DNA from: Hormiphora californensis
Taxonomy: Eukaryota > Animalia > Ctenophora
Direction: 5' to 3'
Assembly (NCBI GenBank): GCA_020137815.1
Contig: CM035353.1
Span: forward strand, 2,604,001 to 2,668,000
Length of the DNA: 64,000 bases
The notes under the pieces were generated by a model that saw nothing but the letters and a program-made list of their open reading frames with translations, was not told the DNA's origin and searched no databases. Of this stretch, positions 1 through 12,134 are shown piece by piece; position 1 is the first letter of the stretch; each line of letters starts with the position of its first letter. A program made the position numbers and the translations under genes.

Positions 1-3000
1 TACCGCAAGCTTACGGAGCAGCTCATCCTCCAGAGACCAATCAGCACTGATCCAGGCAGTCATCAGACTGTCAAACTGTTCAATTTTGTAAGGTAAGAAT
101 TGCGGATATATCGAGGCTGCGTGCTTGGTGTAATTGATATAATATAGTTCTCAATACAGGTTGAGCTTGTGAAATTTTTAACACATGGTCCATTGGTACT
201 ACTGATGCAGACAGAGCTAGTGTGTAAAACACATGCTTGATGTGAACTAGCATGCCGTGACCCTGGCTTATATTATATAGTCTACATGTCGCAGCTACAG
301 ATATTATTATAGTATTCACTTCAATTCACTTGTTCCAATGACCTGTGATCATGATATCATGATATGATTTAGCCTTTATTGGTACATAATTCTGTATTGG
401 AAAACGGCAGTTATTTTTGCTGGATGTATGACAATATATTGTGTTTATATCATTTTCGCCTTGTTGTTACTCAACAACTTTCGCCGGTATATCACCGGTA
501 TATCACCTACCTATAATAATACTCCTAGGAACCAGGAACCGACCGAATCAGGAAATACTGGTCCCTAATAGGCTGAAAACCAGTCACGTGACCTAAATAA
601 CGAGTTCTGATTGGTTGTTTACTAGTGTCGGTCGGTTCCTGCTAAGAGCTCTTCATAAACTTTTGGTCGCTCAAACATCTCTTATTATTTTCAGGGATGT
701 AACAGGTCTTCAAACCAGACCGGACAGGGTCAGCCACTATTCACACAGTAATAACAGTACCACCCTAAATACTCCGCAAAAAATAGTCGGTAAGTATAAT
801 ACTTCATGTACATAACACCATTTTACTCATTCACATGATGCTCATTTGATTGTTTTTTAACTTTTTAACTGCTCATGATTTTCTGATGAGATATAATATA
901 CTTTAGGATTTAGCTTGGTAACGAAGGGCTGGAGAGTCAAGTCAGGGGAGCGGTCACGCCTCAAACGTGGGTCAAGTAATGTTAGTGATCAGGGTAGCTG
1001 CGGATCTGCACACTCTGCCAGGTACTAATATTACTAATATTACTAATACATATCTGCTATAGCAGATCAGAGAGAGAGACGAGAGAGAGGGGGATTGTGT
1101 CTGATATACAGAACGTATAGAACTACATTCAGGCCGGAGAAATGGTAGGGAATAAGAACAGCAAACTCACACATCACACATATCTTTTGTGTGCTTTATT
1201 TGGTTACGAAATATCCCCTTCGCGCGCTGGCAAGGGAGGGATAACTTCGTTTCCAAGTTCTTTATGGTGGTCCGTGTTATCACATATGTACATGTTCGTG
1301 TGCAGTACCTGAAGACGTTTTCAGAAACTTCTGTTTGCATTATCATGCACCAACCTTTATTTAGAACATAGTAAATTTTAATTTTAATTTATTTTACTAT
1401 GTATCGTATGTATTAAATATTAATACACTAATTACATGAAATTTATTTATGGTTCTGCTATTTGTTTTTAGGCACTACTAAGCTGTGACTCTTTTTATCC
1501 AATCGTCTGACAAAAGAGCAGTGACAGTTTATTATGCCTGTTTTTATATACCCATATAATCTAAATATATCAGTCATCGGAAGCTAATTATCTAATTACA
1601 AATCGTGTGAGAATGTGGCCCTTCACGATGCACCCAGCCGCACGTTCCAGTGTTATTCAAGCTGTCAACCACACACACACATATGATTACTTTGTGTTTT
1701 GCTCGCTTGCTCTCTCTTTTCCTATGACGGCCAAAGCTTGGGGTAGTTTTAGGGCTCCCGTTGCCCAATTCAGTACATCTTCCGCAGAGGCAATTACCAG
1801 ACAATTACCAGGCAATTACCAGGCAATTAACAGCTCCTTTTTACCGAAGATAACGGGACCATTTGGAAACTCCCAATCTCCGCTGATTAACAAAGGTATA
1901 CACATACAATATAGATAACGGCCGGGTCAGTTATCTGATCGCTGAATTATACTCCACGGTCATGGTCACTGCTGCACGTGTCATTGATCGTTATATAGTC
2001 ACTACAGACTTCTGTACATATTATCTCTGCAGCGGCAGTTAAGCTAGAATGTCTAGAAGAGTCACCTGCAGCACTGGTAACCCATGGTAACCTGGTAACC
2101 CATGGTAACCTGGTAACCCATGGTAACCAGCATGATAACACCCCGGACAACAGGTTACCTGAGGCAACTGCTGCAGGGATCAAGTTAACTGGACTTCTTG
2201 AATCTACCTCCCTGTTGGTCGCTGCTCGTCCTAACTGGTAAGTGCAGTAGTTACATGGATAAAAAGGTGGGCGGACTCTAGTGCTAACGGACTCTTTATC
2301 TAAATCCAAGGCGGACTCTATATCTAAAAACGGACTCTTTATCTACAGTTAGATTTTGAAAAAAGTTTAGATAAAGAGTCCTCCCTGTGTAGACTTTTTA
2401 GATAAAGAGTCCGCCCTGTGTAGAATTTTTAGATATAGAGTCCTCTAATACATTTTGGCGCCAAATCCTCCAACCCGGACTCTATGTCTAAAATCCTAAC
2501 CCAACCCAAAACCTAACCCTAACATTAGCCCTAACCCTAACCTCGAACACAAATAACAGCCCTAGCACTTCTAAATTAGTATAGGGGTAGAGCAAACTCT
2601 CGTTTCCGGCCTAACGGCCGAAATCTCGAGTTCGCGGCGAAAGGCGGACTCTATATCTAATTTAGATTTATGTAGATATAGAGTCCACTTTGTTTAGACT
2701 TTTTAGATAAAGAGTCCGCCCTGTGTAGACTTTTTAGATAAAAAGTCCTCCTGGAGTTTAGAATTATTTGGACTCTTTATCTAAATCTAAATTTAGATAT
2801 AGAGTCCTCTTTAGACTTAGCACTAGAGTCCGCACACCGGATAAAAACATAGAAACGCCAATTTAAGCATAATTTTTTGTACTCCTTTCCCACTCTCCTC
2901 CCCTCTATCTAGTAAATGTAGCATTTACTGGTCGTGTGGGGACACACACACTGTGACAGGTGTAGGGTATAGGGCAGATGCTACGCCCTCCCTTTCTGTT

Positions 3001-3594
3001 TCGTTTTTATTGTGGGCGATTATAGACATCTAGTTTAATTGATTGAATTTGAGATCTAACCAATACGGTTGCCTGCTTGGGGTGGCGCTCGAGCTATGCT
3101 TCAGAGAAACCTGTACCAAAAATGGACCGTCGCTGAACGCCATTCGTAATAGGATATCAGCACCACGGCATCGTTCCGACCTACAAATATGTTTAACCTG
3201 AACCAATATATCGGAATGCCGATCTAATTAATACATAAGAGTTGGGCGTAAGCATATCTCAAAAGTATGCAATATCTCAAAAAGTATACAAGTAATATGA
3301 TTGGAGGGTTTGCCCTAGTGGGCAATCATATATAGAGCTGCTGTATGGGGCATAATATGATGAATGAACTCCGCGATTTGATGAAATAACACGGATATGG
3401 GATCGGGATCATTTACTAGACTTCATAGAGATATATATAATAAGAGCTGCACTTTTAATAGAACCAACCAATTAGATAGGTCCGGTCTGGCTGACCAATA
3501 GTGCCTTTGAAAGAATTTGTTTCAGTCTGAGATCAAGATCATTGTCCATGTTTCTTTCGCTCTCTAATTCTCTAAACCACTATTTCTTTCATTA

Positions 3595-3626
<32 letters not shown>

Positions 3627-5698
3627 GCTTTCTTTCTTCCCCCTCGTATTCGATTTGATACTAGTGTGATCATACAGCTATGTACCCCGTTTGTTTGAAA
3701 TAGTAAAGGATCCTTGTAACTCAATTGATTTGTGAAAGTTTGTGCTTTGATCTTCATGTTTGCAAATGTTACTGCACCGCACCTGGAACCCGCGGTAGTA
3801 AAAGTATTTCCTATTAAGTTACATATATATTACGTATAACGTCATGGTATGCTGTCCAACATGTCATATAGTGCTATATACATTATGTGTCCTGTGACTC
3901 AACAAGTCACCGCGCAGACCCCTGCAGAATATGACAATAATACATTTCCTCGAATATCCAGTTTGTGAGAGTATCCCTATATTCTCTAATTCTGTTTTAT
4001 CCGCAGTTCTATATTGCTTTTATAATCCTCCATATAACAAGCACAATAACTAAACCAATTTGATTGTTATTAGTCGGATGACAAGCATGCTATAAACAAC
4101 ATTTAGCGAAAGCGACAAGGTAAAACTCTACTTAAGATTGTAGAGTTTTACCTCATATCGCTTTTTACCTAATTTATTTGATTTGATCATGGTCTGACTT
4201 ATCAATTTAACTTTAACTGATATAATTAATAGTACTATGTTTCAACCGCCCACTATTACACTGACAAGTACACCGGTGACTGCTGAAAACAATGAAGGTG
4301 CAGCAACTACAACCTCGATATCCTCTACCTCTATAATGGAATTCTCTACCCCGCCGCGTCTTCCCCTGATACCAATACAGAACCTATCCGTGAAAGAACA
4401 GCAGTTTTTCTCGAATTCTCATGATCTCTCAAAAAGAAGAAGAAGGAGAACTAGAAAGGGATCTGATATCATACAGCAGGGGATCAATTACAGTGTTTCT
4501 TGCTCAAGTCTGGGGTCATGGCCAGGATCATCTTCAGTAACATCGGTTGCCATGACACCCGGCCCACACCTGTTACCACCGATAAACAGAAGGTATGTGT
4601 GTCACGTGATTGTATCCTATCATGGTAACCATGGTAACCATTTATCAAGTCGCCTGCATGGTATCCACTATGTCAACTGCAATTCCTATAACTATACTAG
4701 TTTTATCTATGTTGATGTAATAAGTTTACTCTTTCAACAGAAGTAGATCGTTTTATGATGACCGTGTGGGTCCTGCAGGAACAAAATCAATACGACGAGG
4801 AAGTTCCTTCACAAATAGTAATTCAACAGTTAAGCGAAGGTATTATAAATACATACATGATGCATGGGAAATTTTAGAATTTTTGCCGCTTTAAAACTGT
4901 TTGTCTAATTGTTACAAAAAATTACTAAACCCGGGGCTTGAGTACCCAACGGTCAAAAGATGAAGTCAGGGGTGGAATTGTCATCGATCGTGTATTGAAT
5001 CAGAACAAATTGGGTACTTTCCAGATAGGGTGGCCCATCAACACATTATGTTGCATTTGCTATTGAGTTTCTGAAGATTTCAAATCTTGTTTTTAATCTC
5101 CGCTTTTAACCTGATTTCTGCAGATGGCTCCATATTTGTTTGTTTATTTGAGGAGATTATATCCACGGTCGAAGTCAGCTCTGCAATAATGAAATGAATT
5201 TGATCGATGTATTCGCCAGTAACACAATTTCCATGCCGCATTTACCACTGGTAACCATGGTAACCACCACACGAATCCCATCACACAAACATGCTCACAG
5301 GTAGCGGTGTATGGGCCCTGAACCATGTGCCCAGAAATTTGACTGTTACAACACAGATTAATGTGATCATTGGGGGCCTGATCGAGGCCGGGAGTTTGAT
5401 TTTATGAGTTGCGGTTGCTTTTACTACTTAGCTCATATAAATCGATCGAATTTGATATCTTGACACTGCAGTATATATGTTTACTATATAGCTCAATATT
5501 AGAACAACTAAAAAGTGGCCCTCAATTAATAGCAGGTGGAATCCTATAGGCCGGTGTGTTATATCACAACACCAAACTACCGGATACCAGCAACCAACCC
5601 CTGCCCCCTCCATCACCTGCAGCTCTGGTAGTTGGAAAAAGCACACCCTCATCATCATAAACGTGGTAAACTGCCGGATCTCACACACCGTCAATTAA
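1..5698 (+). CDS. 3' portion of a multi-exon gene encoding an unknown Ser/Thr/Arg-rich, probably disordered protein (5' end outside window)
   Basis: GT-AG exons joined in matching phase without stops: 1-92, 695-789, 907-1021, 1753-1895, 2033-2237, 4233-4592, 4741-4839. A terminal exon at ~5533-5698 is tentative. No recognisable domain. Confidence 0.7.
534..641. mobile_element. ~108-bp MITE family (CAGGAACCGACCGAA TIR)
   Basis: Terminal inverted repeats. Other copies at 13210-13318, ~29508-29622, ~38981-39071 (truncated), ~45403-45512, ~46163-46243, ~49158-49267. Confidence 0.85.
2266..2838. mobile_element. Mutator-like MITE with internal repeats
   Basis: 9-bp TSD GGATAAAAA; TIR GGTG(G/T)GCGGACTCTAGTGCTAA; internal GGACTCTTTATCTAAA subrepeats and a CCTAAC tract. 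Confidence 0.85.
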
Positions 5699-7009
5699 AC
5701 TTCCATTTGATGCATAGCCTGCAAACAGTGCTCGTTAAATTTTTCCTCATTTGGAACCCACATTACGCGGGATTTTCGGAGGTTAAAGGTTTTCCCGATC
5801 AATCGGACGGTCCCGGTGGTGAATATAGAAGGTTCTATTCACCAATGGACGGGTAGAAATTTAACGGGACTGTCTTTTGGGGAGTTTCAAATGAACTTTT
5901 ATACTTTTCTTCGTAATTGGTTGTGTACCCTGCGACTTTACCATACATTAATTGGCCATGCATGAATATTCAGTCACGCAGCTTCAGTCACATACCACTG
6001 CATGCCCCGACCAACGATTCGAGGTAAAACAACCTTTTATAAGCTGGAAATCCCGGATTTAACGCTCATAAGATCGAGAGGCAGGGACAAAGAGAATAAG
6101 ATAGAGGAAGGGACGAAGAGGAAGGAGGGAGGAAGCCAAAGGTTGCCCGAAAAAGGAGGACGGGGCAACGAATTCCCATGTTGGGGAAGTTAACTTATCC
6201 TTCGGTAAATCGTAGTCCGACTTTAACATACATTTAATTGGCACCATGCATGAAAATATGTCACGGCATAGTTGTAGTGTCACGTTTAACGAATACCAAG
6301 GTCCATCACACAAACATGCTCACAGGTAGGCGGTGTAGTGGGGCCCTGAACCAACTGTTTGGGCCGCAGAAATGTTGACCGTGTTACAACACGGGATTAA
6401 TGTGATCATTGGGGGCCTCATCGACGGATTTATTTATAGAGTGAGGTGTTTACCGTAAACGGTCGAATTTGACATTAACGCAGTTCTATGTTCACTCATA
6501 TTGACCTAAACGTGGACGATTAGATCTATATTGGAGAATTATATGGCTTGTGTTATACGCCTCTAGCAAATCTGTCCGCTAATCACTAAACGTGGGCAGG
6601 AAATAGCAGATCATCCATAGTGGCATGTCCGACTATACAGCGCTCATCAGACCCCGAAATCATGGCTTCAAATCATGCTATAGGTAGTAAGTATATGACC
6701 CCCATTTGAGCGGATAACTGGAGGATTTACACGGTCTAAATCTAGAGACCCGATGGATGGTGAGAGTATAGACAGTGTAGTAGAAATGACCGATTACGGA
6801 GGGAGAAGAGAGTTATCCGGTAAATCGAGACGAGCTTACAACATAGAGATGAGCCAGCATGGAAAATGTCTAGAGGAAGTTCAGTGAGATTACAGGTATA
6901 TATTGCCCCGGAATAAACATAGTCGGAATATTAAAGATTTAATTGCAACGATGAGGCAGATGAGACGAGATAGGAGGACGAATAGAAGAGTAAAAGACCG
7001 AAGAGACGA

Positions 7010-7063
7010 AAGAGAAAGGAGAGAGAGACAGAGAGAGAGAAAGAGGAGAGAGAGGAGAGGAGA

Positions 7064-7121
<58 letters not shown>

Positions 7122-7178
7122 GAGAGATAGTGAAGAGAGAGACCGCGAGAATAGTAGAGAACGAGGAGAGAAGTACGT

Positions 7179-7221
<43 letters not shown>
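7010..7221. repeat. (GA)n microsatellite
   Basis: Direct inspection; similar (CT)n tracts at 8222-8385, 11799-11903 and 23621-23761. Confidence 0.9.
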
Positions 7222-7228
<7 letters not shown>

Positions 7229-7822
7229 GATGGTATCCATGGGGATATACATGTGTCTGATTGTTGGTGGCCACTGGTCTAACAACAGGTGATTGTTGTC
7301 AAGAAATTTACGCAGTCAATGGTATTCTCATATATGCATATAAATTATCACAGCAAGACCTTCGGGAGTGATAAAGAGAGGATGACATACAGAAATGGAG
7401 AGGGCAAGAGAAAAAATGAAAGAAAGATAGATCCTAGAGGCTATAATATAAGAGAGGTATAATAGAGAGAGAGAGAGAGAGGTACATATGGAGAACGAAT
7501 GATAAAAGGATCATCACACAATGATAGCTTACATAAACGCAATCATCAAAGATAGAGCTGTCAGCAGTACGTGTGTGTTTCGTTGTCTGATCCTTTATAT
7601 GTTGGAAATTACACACTTGACAGGAATTGACAGTGAAATTTCTCTAATAGACACGACTGATGAGTAAGTTTTTCTTTCAGCTGAAAGTTCCTGCAATCTG
7701 TTAGTCAAAGATTTGCCGGCCTGAGCCCTCAATTTAAAGAGCTGACCTCTGAAACTGAGGGTTCAGACTTTATTTTGGATAGTTAATAGGGCTGCCATGC
7801 CTATAATATAGTACCTACCCAA

Positions 7823-7973
7823 TGGGGGAAAACAGTAGTTCCTGAACCTCAGGTTCAGGTCATGGACACGGCTATTTTCCACTGAGATCTGAGTTGAGAT
7901 CTCCTGATCTCATTGGAAGATAGCCGTGGCCTGAACCTGAGGTTAAGGCATGTCACATGACTGTTTTCCCCCA
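7823..7973. mobile_element. ~150-bp palindromic MITE family (TGGGGGAAAACAGTC..CCTGAACCTCAGGTTCAGG)
   Basis: Inverted ends. Related copies or fragments at ~9529-9615, 15491-15581, ~16339-16420, ~26494-26545, ~29850-29975. Confidence 0.7.
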
Positions 7974-8219
7974 GTATGTGTCCGGACAGGCCTGTATAGA
8001 GTTCATTGTTATATTTAAAAACAATAATTGTTTATATCCAGATGTTCCAGTATTTAAAATGCTTGACATTTTCTCACAATTGTCACACCGTTTATTCACA
8101 AATCGTTTTCAGCATCGATCTGTATCGATGGTATCCGTATATGGAATTGAATACACCTCTCACTGTTTTATTAATCACTTTTCAGTTTTCTCTCACTGCA
8201 GGGAGCTCTATCTCACTCT

Positions 8220-8288
<69 letters not shown>

Positions 8289-8295
8289 TCACTCT

Positions 8296-8389
<94 letters not shown>

Positions 8390-8551
8390 CTCTCTTTAAG
8401 CTGACCTGTCTCTTTTTTCTCTTACCTACAGATCCTTCCCACTCTTCTGTCGTCTTCATATCTTGTACAGCTTTCAGTGATTGCAGCTTCTCTCTTTCCC
8501 TCTTTTCACCCCTGAGAGAGGGAGAGAGAGACAGAGAGACAGACAGAGAGT

Positions 8552-9501
8552 GTGTGTGTCGCCGTTTTAAGTGATACCGGTTATTGTCTACATCTCCTGT
8601 TAAAAGAGTTTGTTTTCTGCAAATGCCCACTCAAGATGAGGCGGCAAGTGTGCGGAGGAGGATGCGGGGTGTTCTCCCTAACAGTGTCGCAGCAGCACCC
8701 GACCCAGCTCCCACGGCAGAAATGTCTAAATTTGGCCCAATGGTTGGACCTCCTCTTCCCGACATGGCGCATTTCCCACCACAACGCCTCTTCAATCCTC
8801 GCACGGCCCGACTACGTGGATCGGAAACCACCCAACAACCTCCCCGCATCCTTCTACGGGTTTCTCCACTACATTCCAAAACTAAGGTTCGATCAGGACC
8901 ACCACCATGACTCCAGCAGATACCCAACAACTAAGACGAAAGTACAGCAGGTAACTCATGGAGTAGATCATCGTCGTCCTAAAACGGGGAAGCATAAAAC
9001 TCCCGTTCCTGAAAAACGTAGAATTAAATCCGCAAAAAGAGAACATGCTGCCTATAATAGAACGTTATCCGATCCGAGCTACCAGAAAAATGCCAACGGT
9101 TCATGTACCCTGCGTACTGGTGAACAAATTAAAGATCACGATGCAGTTGACACACACCCTGCTGCAGCACATCCAGATCAAGAGGAGAAACCTGTGGCAT
9201 ACCTTGCTCCTTCATCAAGAACATCATCTGCTCGTCGCTCCCCCACTGCAGGAGGGTACAATGATCAATGCAGTACCCTTGATCCAGATCACATCGGTAT
9301 TGGGTTTTCTAACGTCTGTCAGACGTATACCACTGCAGCAGCGGCAGCTGTTCAGTCGCATGTTTCTACTCCGACCCCGACAGATCAGGGGGATGGGGAA
9401 AGTTATAAAACGGACTTAGGCGAGGAGACTGTGGGACCAACACATGAGCTGAGACACCTTTGGATGAAAACAATGCTGGCAATTAAGATACAAGGAGGAA
9501 T
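8552..9501 (+). CDS. Probable large coding exon of unknown function
   Basis: 317-aa ORF with GC above the flanks, ending at a strong donor AT|GTAAGT (9501/9502). An overlapping frame (MPTQDEAAS..., 8622-8910) makes the 5' reading uncertain. Downstream exons were not resolved. Confidence 0.5.
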
Positions 9502-9996
9502 GTAAGTTTAAAATTAAATGCTAAACCATGGGGGAAAACTGCAGTCGTGCCTGAATCTCAGGTTCAGGTCACGGCTAGACCTGAGATCGCAAGTCTCTGA
9601 GATTCAGGCACGGCTGAGCTGTTAATTGTTATTTTGTTTTTTCGTTTGATAGGTTACACACGTTAAAGTTCATTTAAAAGTTATATTGCACTACTTTTCA
9701 CATCAGACATTCCGTTTCATAAGCAATATCATGGTCCCTAGAGTTTATATAATACACAAGTAGGTGAGTTAAATTAGATTAAGTAATCCACCAGTCCAGA
9801 GTATATTGCTTGCAATATATAGTTTACTGGAAGGCAATATATTGTTCTCAGTACCACACAAATACAGCTGCAGTCGCGGTAAAGTGAGGTTGACCTTTCT
9901 GATCGTTTGTTGTGGACCCATCTAGTTACAAATGCAGTCCGGGTAAGTGAAAACCTAACATGGCTTTGACCTGTACCAAATTTCCGGGTGGATCAT

Positions 9997-10332
9997 GGAA
10001 CCATGGTAACCATCATCAGTTAGGGAACCATGGCAACCATCATCAGTTAGGGAACCATGGCAACTATCATCAGTTAGGGAACCATGGCAACTATCATCAG
10101 TTAGGGAACCATGGCAACCATCATCAGTTAGGGAACCATGGCAACTATCATCAGTTAGGGAACCATGGCAACCATCATCAGTTAGGGAACCATGGCAACC
10201 ATCATCAGTTAAGGAACCATGGCAACCATCATCAGTTAGGGAACCATGGCAACCATCATCAGTTAGGGAACCATGGCAACCAGCATCAGTTAAGGAACCA
10301 TGGCAACCATAATCAGTTAGGGAACTGTGGCA
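9997..10332. repeat. 27-bp minisatellite (~12 copies)
   Basis: Unit GGAACCATGGCAACCATCATCAGTTAG. Confidence 0.9.
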
Positions 10333-10569
10333 ACTGGCAAAGATCGACAGTTAAAAAAGCTTACACCGCAAACCGTGCCACAAAGTATTACCAGGACGTT
10401 TAATTCTGACTCATGCAGTTTGATATAGATAATGATATCATTTGATGTTACATTTATAGGTGTTTAAATGACCTTTTTATAAATACATGGTTTGTTCAAT
10501 TGGTCTCATTAAAACGGCAAGTTTCTACTTTGATATGAAAGTATAATATGTGATCTTCACCATTCTTAA

Positions 10570-11467
10570 AGTGAGAGAGAACAGCCCCGATTTTGATGAA
10601 ACTTGGTCAGAATAGTGTTTGGTGTCTAATTAGAAGTCAAAAAAATTTTTAGTGCTCAAATCCTAAATTTAGGATTTTTAGGTTTTTAAGGTTTTTCGGC
10701 TTTTATGGGTTTCAGGAACGTTTTAGAACAAAATGAATAAAACCATCTTTCTCGGAATTAAATTTTGCATCGATTATAGTGGTTATAAACCTTTCTATGA
10801 CGTAAGGTTCAGAAGTTATCGCGAAAAAGCCCAAACGGGTACATGTGTTAGGGGCGGGTTAGGCTAACCGGCGAACCTCTTGTCAGAACACCATGTTATA
10901 GGGTGTCAATCGACGCGTATTGATAAGGAGATCATTTTAGTGAAAATTATTTTGATCTGCAATGTCTGTGTAACGAATGAAACCTAAAAAACCTCACCAC
11001 ATGTTTTAACCAAACGGGTATGCTTCATTCAGTAAGGTTTTTTAGGTTTCATTCGTTACACAGACATTGCAGATCAAAATAATTTTCACTAAAATGATCT
11101 CCTTATCAATACGCGTCGATTGACACCCTATAACATGGTGTTCTGACTAGAGGTTCGCCGGTTAGCCTAAAACATGAACCCGCCCCTAACACATGTACCC
11201 GTTTGGGCTTTTTCGCGATAACTTCTGAACCTTACGTCATAGAAAGGTTTATAACCACTATAATCGATGCAAAATTTAACGCCGAGAAAGATGGTTTTAT
11301 TCATTTTGTTCTAGAACGTTCCTGAAACCCATAAAAGCCGAAAAACCTAAAAAACCTAAAAATCCTAAATTTAGGATTTGAGCACTAAAAATTTTTTTGA
11401 CTTCTAATTAGACACCAAACACTATTCTGACCAAGTTTCATCAAAATCGGGGCTGTTCTCTCTCACT
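10570..11467. mobile_element. Kolobok-like palindromic MITE
   Basis: TTAA on both sides, AGTGAG...CTCACT ends, ~430-bp near-perfect inverted arms and a ~35-bp spacer. Confidence 0.88.
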
Positions 11468-11792
11468 TTAATTTTATTTACTAGTTTTATGAATTTTCCC
11501 TATTCCCAGTTACTGCAGCATACAGTGAGTTTGTGAAACTAAATTCGATACTGGTATTGTTGCTATGGTTACCAAAATGCAGGACCAGCACAAAGATCCT
11601 CATATTTATTAAGCTGTATTTTATGTACTCCAAGGCATATTATTATAGTCATATCAGTATATCTGTTATTATCCCAAACTATCGTGATCTCTAGCTCCGA
11701 ACATGACTTGTATAACGTGGTTGTGCAGTTGTTTATTATGCCCTCCGTTAATACCATAGCACAATTTGATGAAGAATCAGACTAAAGACAGC

Positions 11793-11905
<113 letters not shown>

Positions 11906-12134
11906 GTCCCCCTCTCTCCCAACGTAGTTAAACAATCAGACTTGGGAACTGTATTGTACAGCTACTAGCTTTCCATTGTTAACCCTACAAATGTCCTTCT
12001 ATGTCCTTCATTTATATATCGTTCCATCATCTGCTGAACTATAATAGTTAGATTGGTTTTTGAGAGTCTTTCTTTTCTGAGATCCTAATACTATCAACGT
12101 TTGCGAAAACACTACACAGATTCTGTAAGAGGAC

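Noticed and set aside
2494-2542. Telomere-like CCCTAA repeats
   Set aside because: Short, degenerate and internal to a TSD-flanked MITE.
6890-8630. ORFs rich in SL/ER dipeptides (also 20322-20984, 23518-23798, 43629-44226)
   Set aside because: Translations of (CT)n/(GA)n microsatellites.
9960-10403. His/Asn/Gly repeat ORF (GNHHQLGNH)n as a metal-binding peptide
   Set aside because: Open only because the 27-bp unit lacks stops. It lies just after a GTAAGT donor-like site, and the CCATGGTAAC motif is scattered in noncoding DNA across the window.
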